Of a stretch of 51,468 bases of DNA, positions 29,585 to 42,489 are shown one piece after another. This DNA comes from Prasinococcaceae sp. CCMP 1430 (taxonomy: Eukaryota; Plantae; Prasinodermophyta). Position 1 is the stretch's first letter. Each line of letters begins with the position of its first letter. Under the pieces are notes generated by a model. The model searched no databases. It was not told the DNA's origin and saw nothing but the letters and a program-made list of their open reading frames with translations. The position numbers and the translations under genes are program-made. The stretch lies in the NCBI GenBank assembly GCA_013416795.1, contig RQSC01000019.1:277654-329121 (forward strand). The letters are read 5' to 3'.

Positions 29585-32500
29585 TCACGCGGCGCGGAAC
29601 TCCTGCGCCAGCATGGACTCCATCATGTCGGCGCACGCGCTGTCGATCTCCTTCTCCGCGACATCGGCGAGGATCTCCTCGAGCAGGGCTTCGCTTGCTG
29701 CTTCCACCGTCGCCACCAGGTTGAAGCCCTCGTCACCGGCGAGCGCCAGATCGCCCTGCTCCAGCCACGACAGGAACGCATCGCGAGCGCGCGTGATGCG
29801 CTCAGCCTCGATGCGCGACAGCGCCGGCGCAGCTGAAGGCATAGCCGCCCCCACAAAGTCGACCGTGGGCGTGCCACCCGCATCAGCCACCAATGGCCCC
29901 AACTGAGACCCCTGCCTGCTCGAGCCGCCCGCGCCTGGCTCGTGCAGCCACTTCCTCCTGACCTCCGCCTCGAAGCTGTCCACAGCGTCCAACTTCTCCA
30001 GCAGCTCGGCCATAAGCACGCGCTGCTGCTCGGGCGCCATGCTGTCCACTGTGAGCGCCATGTCCACCAGCACGCTCTCGAGGCCCTCGTCTGGTGTTGC
30101 GACCTGCATTTGCGTTGCTGTGGCCGGGGCCGCAACAGCAGCAGCCTTGGGGGGGCTCGTTGCCGCCACCACACTTGGGCCTGGCGGCAGCGTGATCGGA
30201 ACACCTGCAGCTGCAAGCGTGCGCGCAACATCGCTGGCCGACGCTATGTCATCCATGGGCGCCTCACCGACGCCTTGCTCTTGCCCGTCTTGCGCCACAC
30301 TGAAGCCGAATGGATCGAAAGCCTCTCGCTCGAGCGGTGCTCGCGATGACGTCGCGCCAGCGTGTAGCGGCGTCGACGTGATCTCTAGCGGCACCCCGCT
30401 GCGCGCGGGATGCGCGCGAGAGGGGGTGCGCGCCGCCGCCCCTGCTGCGCCAGCCCCTGGCACGCCTAGTTTGGGCGGAGGATTGGATCCCTCAAACACA
30501 CTGAAGAAGTCGCCATCCGGGCCCTTCGGGCCTCTCGACTTCCCCCCCGAGCGCTCGGGCGCCTGTCCCTCCGCTGCTGCCATCGCTACTGCGCGCTGCT
30601 TGTATTGCTCCACGGCTGTCGGTGTCGCGGCCGCGGCTGCCAGCTCCGCCGCAATTGCCGCTGGATCCGCATCAGCGTTGAGATCGCCCGCGCCGGCACC
30701 TTCCATTTCCAAGCCCAAGCGAGGTGTACCCGGCAGCGACGCCCCCCCCTCGTTTCGCGGCTGCTGTTGCAGCGAAAGCTGCGGAGCGGCTGCCACGGCG
30801 AGCGCCGAACCCCCATCGGAGCCTGGGCCTCCCTTGGACGCCGACACATCCGGTACGATCAGCAGCGACCTCGCCGACTCGCCTGCCCCTGCGCCCGATC
30901 CTTGCGCTAGGTCGGCTGGCCGCAGCACCATCGCCGCGCCCGAGCCCGAGCCCGCCGCGAAGAACTCCCGCTCGAGCAGACCGCGGGCGGTGTCAAGGAC
31001 CGCCAGCCACTGACCCTCGCCCGCCGCTATGTAGCCCTCGCGTGCGGGCAGACCGCGACGGGGCTTGGAATAGCGCAGGCCACCGCTCGGGCTCGCTTTG
31101 GCCCTCGGCGAGCGCTCCTCCCTAGTCTTTGCTTGGCGGTCGACCATGGTGTCGGCGTCCCACCCATGCCGCTTGGTGCGCCCGCGCAGCTTTCGAGGGC
31201 GCTCTTCGGCGGCCTCGGCCAGTGACGAGGACGCCTCCGCGCGCGCGGGCTGCCCGACCGCGCCCCTGCCGCTGCCGATACCGGCCCCACGCACGTGCGC
31301 CTTGGCGAGGACATTGGCTACCTCCTCGAGGACCTCTTGGGTGGGCGGCGCGCCCGCCGCGCGGATGCGCCGCAGGAGCGCGACAGCCTCCTTAGCCAAC
31401 CGCGCCGTGTCGGCCTGGCCCGCCGCCTTGGCGGTCATCGCCGCCGCTCGTTTCGCTGCATGCACCGCCGAGCTTTGCGAGCTTTGCGCGCCTGGCCGCT
31501 TGGGCAGCGCCCTCGGCGCGGCCTTGCGCTTGCCTCCCGCGGGACCCCACACGCTCTTGCGCTCCACGGGCAGCGCCGGCAGGTCCTTCGCGTCGACAGA
31601 TTTGGGGGCGGCCGCGGCCACGGCCGCCGCCGCCGCAAAGGCGGCCGCGCCACGCGGCGGCCACGCCGACGCCCCGGCGCCGGCTGACGCACGGTTGTCC
31701 GTGGTGGACCCCGCACCGGAAGCCGCGTCGGAGCCCGCCGCTTGCAGGATGGCGCCCTGCTTCTTCACGAGCGCGTCAATAGCCTCCCGCTGGCGATTGA
31801 GCTGGCGGCCCTGCTCCTGCAGCGCGCTGCTGAGACTCGCGTTCTCGCGCCGCAGGTGCGCCTGGTGCACGCCGAGCGCGGCCTTTGAAGAGGACGCGCC
31901 GCCCGCACGTGTGTGCGTGCGTGCGGCCACGCCGAAGGTCGCCGCGGTGCGCGTAAGCTCCGCGCGCGCGGCGGCAGCCGCCGCGCGTAGTTCCGACGTG
32001 CGCCCCGAGCGCACGCGCGTGTCGCCGTCCCATTCGCCACTGCCGCCCGCATGAGCCGACGTGGTGCCCTCGGCCGCCTCGGCAGCGCGGAGCGCAGCCT
32101 CGCGCGCCATTCGGTGCGCCACATGGTGGCTCGCCGCGCCGCCGACGTACGCCGACGGTGTTGCCACCGCCGCCGCGCGCGCGCCCAAGCGCGCGGCGAA
32201 CTGAACGAGCACATCGTCGAGGGAGGTGCCGGGCGACCGCGTGGGCGCTGGGGTGGCCGCCGCGGGCAGTGGCACATTGATGAACACGCCGCCGCCGCCC
32301 GCGCGCGGCGGCGTCGCCGGGCCGCGCACCCCGCCCGGTGTGTACACCGACGGCGTGTACCCTGCGAGGATCCCTGAGGCACCGCTGCTAGCGCAAACGA
32401 GGCCCACCACCCCTCCGTCGCACACCACACCACACCGCTCCACCCCGCACACACACGCGGCGCAGCAGAGCGCGCGCGCGGTTCGAATTCGCGCGGGCCG

Positions 32501-32607
32501 CCCGCATTTCGGAACGCCCTCTGCGCTTTGCGAAGCTCAGAAGGCATTCCGCGAGAACACGCGGAAATGGATTCGGAAGTGTTTGGACGACGGCGCGTCG
32601 CAGGCAT
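29585..32607 (-). CDS. Large low-complexity protein with a Moonraker/KIAA0753-like C-terminus; 5' structure uncertain (possible intron ~32456-32362)
   Basis: C-terminal GFNLVATVEAASEALLEEILADVAEKEIDSACADMMESMLAQEFRAA and upstream LLEKLDAVDSFEAEVRRKW resemble the KIAA0753 C-terminus as I recall it. Confidence 0.6.
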
Positions 32608-32860
32608 TTAGATGTGCGCGGCCTCGCCGGCGCCGCAAAAAAAATGGCAAAAAAAAAACGGCGGCGCGGAAAGCGCCACGCAGAGCAGCGGGGCGGCAAA
32701 GGGGGGAGGGGGGTGAGGGAGAGGGAGGGTGAGGGGGAGGGGCGGCTCGCCGCCGGGCGCCGCCGAGGCATGCATTGTACAGGTGCGTCTTACGCGTGGA
32801 TACAGACAAATGTGCGGCGCGCCCGGCGGGCGCGCCGCCCAGGCTCCGGCGCGGGCTGGG

Positions 32861-33603
32861 CTAGAGCTCCAGCGCGGACAGCAGGTCCGAGCTGTGGAGC
32901 TCCTGGTAGAGGTCGAGCGAGTCCTCCGCGTCGTCCAGTTGCACGAAAGTGAAGTACACCAGTGGCGGGAAGCCCCACGCGTACGCCGTCGACGCGATGC
33001 CGAACGGGCAGTAGCCGAAGCGCATGCCCGCCAAGAGCATGATGCAGCCGAGTACGTAGGTGGAGTACAGCGCACCGAGCAGCTCTGCGTAGCGCGCGTA
33101 CGTCGGGCGCGCCGGCAGCAGTGCGCGCGCTCGCTCGCTCACGCGGGGGGCAAACGCGTACACCGCGTACACCATCCCCACCAGCAACGAGCGCACGGCC
33201 CAGAATGCCCACACGCCAGGGCTCCCCACGCCATGCGCTGGCGGCACGAACAGCGCCAGCCCGCCGCCGTACACGGCGACAGCCTTGGCGAGCGCATCCA
33301 TGGCCGCGAGCGCGCCCGCCGAGAGCGCCACCCGCGCAGCCGTCTCGTTGGTCGGCGCCGCGTAACCAACGAGGAGATACGCCAGCACGAGGGCTTCAGC
33401 GGCGGTGTCAAACAGGTCCTGCACGAGCCACAGCGTGTCCCAGGTGTTCTCGCGCTCCGCTGCGCGCTCCCCGCGCGCGGCCTGCGCGGCGGCGAGAACA
33501 CAGCGCAGCAGGTTCAACCCCACCACCGCCCACGTGACCGCAAGCGCTGCGCGCGACGCCGGCGGCAGCGCCAGCCCGCCGCCGGCCGCGCGCCGCCTGC
33601 GTA
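32861..33603 (-). CDS. TPRA1/GPR175/CAND2(PMTR1)-like multi-pass membrane protein; 5' end in gap
   Basis: Several TM helices. LPARPTYARY...GMRFGYCPFGIASTAYAWGFPPLVYFTFV parallels the CAND2 C-terminal helices. Confidence 0.75.
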
Positions 33604-33822
33604 NNNNNNNNNNNNNNNNNNNNNNNNNNNNNNNNNNNNNNNNNNNNNNNNNNNNNNNNNNNNNNNNNNNNNNNNNNNNNNNNNNNNNNNNNNNNNNNNN
33701 NNNNNNNNNNNNNNNNNNNNNNNNNNNNNNNNNNNNNNNNNNNNNNNNNNNNNNNNNNNNNNNNNNNNNNNNNNNNNNNNNNNNNNNNNNNNNNNNNNNN
33801 NGCCGCGGGCGCGGGTGAGGCC

Positions 33823-34875
33823 GCGCGCGTCGCGGTCGTGGGCTCGGGCAACTGGGGCTCGGTGGCCGCGCGCATGGTGGCGGCCAACGCCGAGCGCCTC
33901 GCGGGCGTCGAATCGGAGGTGCGCATGTGGGTCCACGAGGAGGCGCTCCCGTCCGGCGAGAAGCTCACCGAGTACATCAATCGCACCGGCCGCAACGACA
34001 AGTACCTGGAGGGCGTGCAGCTGGGCGCCAACGTGCGCGCGGTGCCAGACGTGCGCGAGGCGGTACGCGGCGCCACGCACGTCGTTTTCGTGGCACCGCA
34101 CCAGTTCCTCGGCGGCATCTGTGACACGCTTGTCGGCGACGGCAGCGATGCACTGCTTGCGCCGGGCGCCAAGGCCGTGTCGCTGATCAAGGGCATGGAC
34201 GTCGCACCCAGCGGACCGCGCCTGCTGAGCACGCTCATCGAGGACGCGCTCAGCGTCGAGTGCGGCGTGCTCATGGGCGCCAACATCGCCTCTGAGGTGG
34301 CCGCTGAGCAATTCTCCGAGGCCACGCTGGGTGTTGCTGGCGGCGCCGGCAGCAAGGCGGCAGGCGAGTGGATCGCGCTCTTCGAGCGCCCGTACTTCTC
34401 TGTGCGCGCCACGGGCGATGTCTCGACAGTGGAGATGTGCGGCACCCTCAAAAACGTGGTGGCCATCGCCGCGGGGCTCGTCGACGGGCTCGGGTACGGA
34501 TCGAACAGCAAGAGCGCAATCATGCGCCTCGGACTCCTCGAGATGTACCGCTTCGCCCAGCTGGTCTCGCCTGAAACGGCTGACAAGGGCACCATGTTTG
34601 AGTCGTGCGGCGTTGCAGATCTGATCGCCAGCTGCCTGGGCGGGCGCAACCGCAAGGTCGCCGACGCGTTCGCGCGCGCGGGCGGCAAGCGCTCTTTCGA
34701 GGAGCTGGAGGCCGAGCTGCTGAGCGGGCAGAAGCTGCAGGGCGTGCTCACCGCGCACGAGGTCGCCGAGGCGCTCGATGCCCAGGGCCGGCGCAGCGAG
34801 TTCCCGCTGTTCAGCATGGTCGACCGCATCGCAAAGGGGGAAGAGCCACCCGAGTCAATCGTATCGCTCTCGTAG
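33823..34875 (+). CDS. GPD: NAD-dependent glycerol-3-phosphate dehydrogenase; start in gap
   Basis: VAVVGSGNWGS, MWVHEE, FVAPHQF, SLIKG, GANIASEV, CGTLKNVVAIAAG, ESCGVADLIASC.GGRN, QKLQG. Confidence 0.95.
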   Translation, partial: ARVAVVGSGNWGSVAARMVAANAERLAGVESEVRMWVHEEALPSGEKLTEYINRTGRNDKYLEGVQLGANVRAVPDVREAVRGATHVVFVAPHQFLGGICDTLVGDGSDALLAPGAKAVSLIKGMDVAPSGPRLLSTLIEDALSVECGVLMGANIASEVAAEQFSEATLGVAGGAGSKAAGEWIALFERPYFSVRATGDVSTVEMCGTLKNVVAIAAGLVDGLGYGSNSKSAIMRLGLLEMYRFAQLVSPETADKGTMFESCGVADLIASCLGGRNRKVADAFARAGGKRSFEELEAELLSGQKLQGVLTAHEVAEALDAQGRRSEFPLFSMVDRIAKGEEPPESIVSLS

Positions 34876-35013
34876 TGGGGGGGGGGGGTGCTTTGCACGC
34901 ATATTGGGAGGCGCATTCTCACCCAGCAGGTCATCGTCGCCGCGGATAACACCTACGCACATAGTGGTACACACGTGAAGGGGCATCCACCCTCGAGATT
35001 TTTACGGCCGGCT

Positions 35014-36874
35014 TCAGTACGCCTATTTCAGGCCGCGCCGAGAGCGTGGCAGCGCGGCCAGTTCTGTCAGCGTTGGACTTGCACCTTGGTGCGACACAGC
35101 TAGGGGGGCGCTCGCGCGAAGCGCACAAGAGGCAGCGCATGCAAGCGTCGAGCTGAAAGAGTCGTGCTTTCAGCGGTCCGGGGCCGCTGACACAACGTAC
35201 CTTGGCGAAGATGGCCGTCTCGGCGCCGGCTGCGCCCGTCACGATGCACGCACCGCGCTCATCCGCTGGCGGTTGCTCCAGCGGGAAGCAGCGGAGCGTC
35301 GCTCCAGTCTCCTCCTTCAGGCGCTTCTCGTCTTCGTCGGACCCATCCCACGCGCAGCGCACCCACTTCCCCTCCGCGATGGCCGCCTTGAACTCCTCTT
35401 CGCTGGTGACGTCCTCGATGTTGGAGTCGCGGAATGCTGTGGCGTCCGTCAACATCTGCGCCTGGATGTCTGCCATGAGCTCTTCGACGTGCGCCACCAG
35501 CGCACCCGCCTCCCACGAGACCCCGAAGGTCTTGCCCTCCTTGCCTGGCCTGTCGCGGCGCGCCACCACCACCGCCTCCTTCTCCACGTCCTTGGGCCCC
35601 ACTTCGATGCGCACAGGCACGCCGCGCATCTCGTACTGGTTGAATTTCCAACCGGGGCGCTCCTTCTCCGAGGCGTCCATGTCCACGCGCACGCCCGCGG
35701 CCTTCAGCTTGTCGGTGACGTCCGTGGCGGCCGCCACGACTGCCTCGCGCTGCTTCTCCTTCTGCCAGATGGGCACGACCACCACCTGCGTGGGCGCGAT
35801 GGAGGGCGGCAGGCGCAGCCCCGTGTCGTCGCCGTGGGTCATGATGAGCCCGCCAACCATGCGCGTGGAGACGCCCCACGAGGTCTGGTACACGTGGCGC
35901 TGCTCGCCCTCCTCGTCCAGGAACTGCGTGCCGAAAGCCTTGGCGAAGTTCTGGCCGAGGTTGTGCGAGGTGCCCGCCTGCAGCGCCTTGCGGTCGCCCA
36001 TCATGGCCTCGATGGTGTACGTGTGCTCGGCGCCAGCGAACTTCTCGATTCGGCTCTTGCGGCCGCAGATGACGGGCATGGCCAGCACTCCCTCGGCGAG
36101 CTCGCGGTAGACCTCGAGCATCTGCAGCGTCTCGGCCTCGGCCTCCTCGGCCGTGGCGTGCGCGGTGTGGCCCTCCTGCCAGAGGAACTCGAGCGTGCGC
36201 ACGAAGGGCCGCGTGCGCATCTCCCAGCGCACCACATTGGCCCACTGGTTGACCAGGAGCGGCAGGTCGCGGTACGAGCTCACCCACTGCGAGAACATGT
36301 GGTTCACGATGGTCTCGGAGGTGGGGCGCACCACCAGGGGCTCCTCGAGCTCCTTGCCGCCTCCCTGCGTCACCAGCGCGAGCTCCGGCGCGAAGCCCTC
36401 CACGTGGTCGGCCTCCTTGGCGATGAACGAGTACGGGATGAAGCTGGGGAAATACGCGTTCTTGTGACCGGTCTCCTTGAACCTCGCGTCAAGGAACGAC
36501 TGGATGCCCTCCCACAGCGCGTACCCGTAGGGCCGGATGACCATCGTCCCGCGCACGGGGCCGTAGTCGGCGAGCTCGGCGGTCTTGATGAGGTCGAGGT
36601 ACCACGCCGAGAAGTCCTCCGAGCGCGGCGTGATGCCACCCTCGCCCTTTCCCAGCTTCTTCTCGCCCTTCCCCTTGGCCTTGCCCGCGGCGGCATCGCC
36701 TCCCTTGCCGCCCGCGCCGGCCGCCTCGGTGGCGACCGCCGCGGCCGCGNACGAGATGGCAGCACCCGCGACGAGGGTGGATGCAGTGGAGGCCGCCGCG
36801 GCGCGCGTGCAGTACGCGCTATGCACGCGCTCGGTGTGGCATCGATGCCCCAACACCAACTTTCGAGTTCTCAT
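35014..36874 (-). CDS. proS: Organellar prolyl-tRNA synthetase (eukaryote/archaeal-like type); join(~36874..35201,35022..35014), start uncertain (N at 36750)
   Basis: YGPVRGTMVIRPYG, VRPTSET, NVVRWEMRTRPFVRTLEFLWQEGHTAH, LQAGTSHNLGQNF, SWGVSTR. Intron 35200-35023 gives the terminal AK|AY*. Confidence 0.95.
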
Positions 36875-37270
36875 AGTCCGACAGTTCCTCCGGTGAGTGA
36901 GAGGAGATATCATGGATGGAATCCGAATCCTGGTCAAAGTGAGACAGAAAAAACGCGCGAGCAAGCGAAGCGCTTACTATCCCGTTGGCTTGATCGCTTG
37001 CAAACGCCAGTGCTTGCTCGGGCGCGAACGGTCGCGACAACCCTACAAACGGCAACTCCGATCTCAAATTTTAGTGTTCACCATGCGCACGCGCACAACA
37101 CCATGCATGTTGATTGCGGCGCGTCTCGCCGGCGGCCATGATCAGGTGGTGCATGGTGGACCAGAGCGTTCCCGGTCTTTCGCGAATGCCTTTGACGTTT
37201 GAAATGCTTCGTGAGCGGCCGGCACCGAGCAGGACCGAAGGCGAAGACCATCATGTCATGTGCGCGCAGG

Positions 37271-38209
37271 ATGTCCGGCGCGGGCCACGCGGCCGCGCCG
37301 CCCGTGAGGCTATGGTCGTCGAAGGTGCGCCGCCGCGGGGCGTGTGTACGTGGCTGGGCGGTGCGGCCGCGCGAGGCTCAGCTGCCGCCGCGCGCGGGGC
37401 TGACGCGCCCGCACGCTCACGCGTGTGCGCTCCACCTCCCTGCTCTCCCTCGCACACACACTGCGCCTCCGTGCGTGTGTAGGCCGAGCGCGAGCACTAC
37501 GAGAACTCCGCCGACCTGTTCGCCATCATCAAGTCTGCAGAGAAGCTCGAGAAGGCGTTTCAGCGCGATGCAGTGACCACCGCCGAGTACGAGGCTGCGT
37601 GCTCGAAGCTCATCGCGCAGTTCAAGACAGTCCGGTCCGCGCTTGGCAAGTCCGTTGCGGTGAGTGCCCTTCGGGCGGCGGCGCGGCGGGCTCGCGCGGG
37701 CATTGGGCGTCTCCCGGTGCGCAGGCAGCTGACGCCTCAGCGATGTGACCCGCCCACCCCACCCCACCTTCGCGCGCGCACGCCAGGACGTGGAGAGCTT
37801 CATGGCGACGTACAATATGCACTGCCCGTACGCGCGCCAGCGCCTGCTCGTCTCGGGCATGCCCGCCACCATCGAGCACTCGGTGCGCGCGGCGTCCCAG
37901 GCCGACAATGCGCAAGCAGCAAAAGCCGCGGCAGAGTGCACGCAGTTCTTCATCACCGCCATGGATGCGCTCAAGATGAACATGGTTGCGGTGGACACCG
38001 TGCATCCGCTGCTCACGGATGTGGTGGGTAGCCTCAACAGACTGCGCCTGAAGGGGAGCTTCGAAGGGCTCGAGAAGATAAAGCAGTGGGCGGCGACCCT
38101 CAACCGACGGTCCGCGGCCGACGAGCTCAGCGAGGAGGAGGTGCGCCAGCTGCTGTTCGAGCTCGAGACGGCGTACAACGCATTCCACACCATGCTTGGG
38201 GCCGGCTGA
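37271..38209 (+). CDS. VPS28: ESCRT-I subunit VPS28; join(37271..37324,37483..37659,37787..38209), 217 aa
   Basis: PVRLWSSK|AEREHYENSADLFAII..EKLEKAF.RD, GMPATIEH, FITAMDALK, ELSEEEVRQLLFELE. Both introns are canonical and phase 0. Confidence 0.93.
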
Positions 38210-38431
38210 GGCTGAGCTCGCTCGCGCGTGCGGCCGAAGCGGCGACAGCGCGCGCCAACTTTGTCCAACGCGCGTGTGCGTGGGATTCGCTCGAGGCATC
38301 TCGTCGCGATGTACACTATGTCACTCTGTCAAGTCCCAGACGCACACGTGCGCCCGCATAGCGCCCGCGGCGTGTTGCGAGCTCGAGCGCTCGGGGCGAT
38401 GCGACGCGGTGAAATTCGAGTCAGACAACTA

Positions 38432-39115
38432 TTAGATCAGGGGCCTGAGCGCACTCAGGTCCTGCTTCCTGCCGAAGTTCATCCTTTGCATGTCGGCCAT
38501 GTTGCGCGCTCGCGCATCCTCAAACGACACCGAGCCGTCCGTGGCGCGCACGCCCTGCGTTTCACCCGTCCCGCGCACGAGGCGGCCGTCGCGCATCACG
38601 TAGGTGCCGCCCACCTCGTCGCGTGCGCGACGCGAGCGCGCAGGCGTAACCATGCGAAGGAAGCCGCTGCGCGCCGCCAGTCGCCGCAACTCGTCCAGTG
38701 CTCGGTCCTGCGCGCGAGAGCGCGCACCCAAGCGAATTGAGAGCGCGGCGCGACAAGAGGCCCCCCTGTCAGCGCCCTGCGCGCGCTCAGGACCACCGTG
38801 TGCTGCGCACGCCTTGGCCTTCGGTGTGCGTGCGCGTGTGCGTGTGTTTGGCACACAAGACAGGGACGAGTGCGAGCGCGGCGGCCGCGCCGAGGGAACA
38901 GAGCGGGAGGGCGCCATCCACACACACACACACCACGCGGCGGCCCATCTCACCTCCTCCTTCAGCCCCGCGTGTGCGCGCATCTCCGCACGCAGTCCCG
39001 CGAGCGCCGTCTCGCGCTCGGCGGCGGCCGGCAACGCCGCGCTGAGGCGCAGCGCGGTGCGGTATTCGGCCAGCACGCGCGCCCGCCACGCGGCCGACCC
39101 CAGCGCCGCCGCCAT
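38432..39115 (-). CDS. Small LYR-motif (Complex1_LYR-like) mitochondrial protein; join(39115..38954,38707..38432), ~145 aa
   Basis: RVLAEYRTALR...LRAEMRAH, then FLRMVTP. Intron 38953-38708 (GTGAGA...CGCAG). Confidence 0.65.
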   Translation of the reverse strand: MAAALGSAAWRARVLAEYRTALRLSAALPAAAERETALAGLRAEMRAHAGLKEEVRWAAAWCVCVWMAPSRSVPSARPPRSHSSLSCVPNTRTRARTPKAKACAAHGGPERAQGADRGASCRAALSIRLGARSRAQDRALDELRRLAARSGFLRMVTPARSRRARDEVGGTYVMRDGRLVRGTGETQGVRATDGSVSFEDARARNMADMQRMNFGRKQDLSALRPLI

Positions 39116-39337
39116 GCGGCGCGGCCTGCGCCGTGCGCGGGCCCGCCAAAAGAGCGGCACGGAGGACCCAGCCCCCTCCGCCCTTCCCTCTCCTGCGCCC
39201 TCAACCAGTGGCGTCCGTGGGTGCTGCGCGTCGGGGGCGTCTCCAGTGCGTGTGCGCGCGCGTGTGGGTGGTGGTGGTTGGGTGTGTGTGTGTGTACTGA
39301 TTGTCGGCGTCGAGATTGACGAGCGCGCGGCGAGGGC

Positions 39338-41028
39338 ATGCGCGGCGGCGGCGGCGGCGGCGGCGCGGCGGCGGGGGGCAGGTGCGTCGGCGCGCGTAAG
39401 CGCGTGCGCGCATCCGCCCGCGGGCATGCGGAGGGGACGCACGCTCAGGCCGTGGTCATCACACCCGTGCGCGCGACCCTCCAGCGTGAGAGGGGGTGAG
39501 TGTGGTCTCAATACGTCGTGGGCGCCCGCGCTGACTGCTCGCGGACAACTGACCTTTGCTCACTCGCGCACGCTCCCGCGGCCTTGATAAACGTGCGCAC
39601 GCACCTGTACCCCCGCGCACGCACGCACGCACGAATGCGCGCCCGCGCGCGCGCACAACAGCGGCGGGCAACGACAGCATTCTCAACAGCCGCAGGGCCG
39701 CACGCATCAGATCCAGCAGCAACAAGAGCAGCAGCAGCGCCGCCCGCCCATCCGCGAATCGGCGCGCAAGCGCCGACGCGCAGCCTTCGACCTCAAGACC
39801 GACTTCGAGCTGCAGGGAAAGGTCGGCGAGGGCACTTTCGGTGTTGTGTACGTCGCGAGACCCAACCCCGCGGCGGCAGTTGGCGCGGCCAAGAAGGGCA
39901 AGGCGTCGACGGGAAAGGGCGCGCACCACCCACCGCCGTCGTCGTCGCACTCGCACTCGCTCGTCGCACTCAAGGAGTTCAAGAAGGCCACCAAGGAGGG
40001 CGATGGCGTGAGCCCGACCGCCGTGCGTGAGATCATGCTGCTGCGCGAGCTGCGCCACGAGAACATCATCCGCCTCTGCGGCGTGCACCTGTCACACCGC
40101 GACTCGACGCTCTTCCTGAGCTTTGAGTACGCCGAGCACGACCTCTTCGAAATGATCCGCTTTCATCGCGAGTCCATGCAGCCCATGGCGCTGTACACGG
40201 TCAAGAGCGTGCTCTGGCAGCTCCTGGCGGGCATGGATTACCTGCACTCCAATTGGATCATGCACAGGGACTTGAAGCCCGCCAACATCATGGTTATGGG
40301 CGCGGGTCCGCACGCGGGCGAGGTCAAAGTGGCCGACTTTGGGCTGGCGAGGATCTTTCAGTCGCCACTGAAGCCGCTGAGCGAGAACGGCGTAGTCGTG
40401 ACCATCTGGTACCGCGCGCCCGAGCTGCTGTTGGGCGCACGCCACTACACTCGCGCGGTGGACATATGGGCGCTGGGGTGCATCTTCGGCGAGATGCTCG
40501 CACTGCACCCCATCTTTCAGGCGCACGAGGACAAGGGCCCCAACGCGCCCTTCCAGGTGGAACAGCTCATGAAGATCTGCCAAGTGCTCGGGCCGCTCTC
40601 CACGGAGCGGTGGCCAGCGCTCAGCCACATGCCCAGCTGGATCAACGATGAGAAGGGCGTGCGGCGTCGGATGGCAGGGCTCACGCCGCTCGGCCTCGAG
40701 ACCACCATCGCAAACGTGAGTGCGCGCGAGCGAGCAGGCCCTCGCAAGTGGCGTGGTTTGCGGAGCGATGTGTCGCGCGTGCGAGCGGCGCGCTGACAGA
40801 CAACGCACGCGCTCGCGCACGCGCCGGCTCCGGCAGCTGAGCGCCGTCGGCACGCAGCTCAAGTCTGCAGAGGCCAAGGACCTCATGATGCGCATGCTCG
40901 AGTACGATCCCACCAAGCGCATCACCGCTAAGGAGGCGCTCGCACACCCCTTCTTCGGAGAGGATCCGCTGCCTGGAAAGAACTGCATGCAGATGAAGTA
41001 CCCGCCCCGAACGCGGAGGGAGGTGTGA
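39338..41028 (+). CDS. CDKE1: Cyclin-dependent kinase CDK8/CDKE; join(39338..39381,39662..40715,40837..41028), ~429 aa
   Basis: [62 protein letters not shown]. Intron phases are consistent. Confidence 0.93.
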
Positions 41029-41305
41029 GCCGGGCCCAGCACGCGCTCCAAACGCACCCCTGTAGCATTGTACCATATGGCATACGCTCCCAGCTCTTCC
41101 ACTCTGCGTGCAGCTAGCGGGACGACGCTGCGCGTGGCCCCGTGCGTGGCCCCGCGCGCGGCAGGGCGCCGAGTGCGCTGCCAATAGAATGTGAAAGGGC
41201 GATCTCTACAAGTCGCGGGCTGCCGAGGGTGGCATCCCGACGTGCGCGCGCGGGAAATCGCAGCGCAGCTGAGGCGATCGCGGTATTATGAGCAGTGCGC
41301 TCACA

Positions 41306-42100
<795 letters not shown>

Positions 42101-42371
42101 CTATCATCGCATCCTCGCGCGCGGCTGGCCATGCAAGTGCTCTCGCGCGGCGGGTGCAACACCACGCAAGCGCAAAGCTAGGGTTGGACCAGGCGAGCGG
42201 CCACAAAGAGAGCGCACGGGCGCGCGGTTGCGTCGGCAGCTGGTCGCGCGCGCGGGCGAGGTGCGGCGGGGAGCACCGGCGGCTGCGGAGCTGGCTCGCT
42301 CGCGGGCGTACGGTCCGCCTCAATTCCGCCCTCGCCTCGCTGGCGCGCCCGGTGGCCGCGTCGCGACGGCA

Positions 42372-42489
42372 GCCGCTGCGCTCCATTGACGACTTCGAAC
42401 GAGTCGCCAAGATCGGAGAGGGGACGTATTCAATCGTGTACAAGGGCGTGGACCGAGCCTCAGGCGAAGTGGTCGCTCTGAAGAGGGTG
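42372..42489 (+). CDS. CDK N-terminal fragment (CDK9/CDKC- or CDK10/11-like), truncated at the N at 42490
   Basis: PLRSIDDFERVAKIGEGTYSIVYKGVDRASGEVVALKRV; the frame is open back to ATG 41926. Could be a gene fragment, a pseudogene or an assembly join. Confidence 0.6.

Noticed and set aside
34877-34888. G-run after the GPD stop as a terminator or G-quadruplex
   Set aside because: A single short homopolymer with no supporting structure.
34931-35200. Long C-terminal extension of ProRS shown in the ORF track
   Set aside because: Read-through of a canonical intron; splicing gives the expected AKAY* end.
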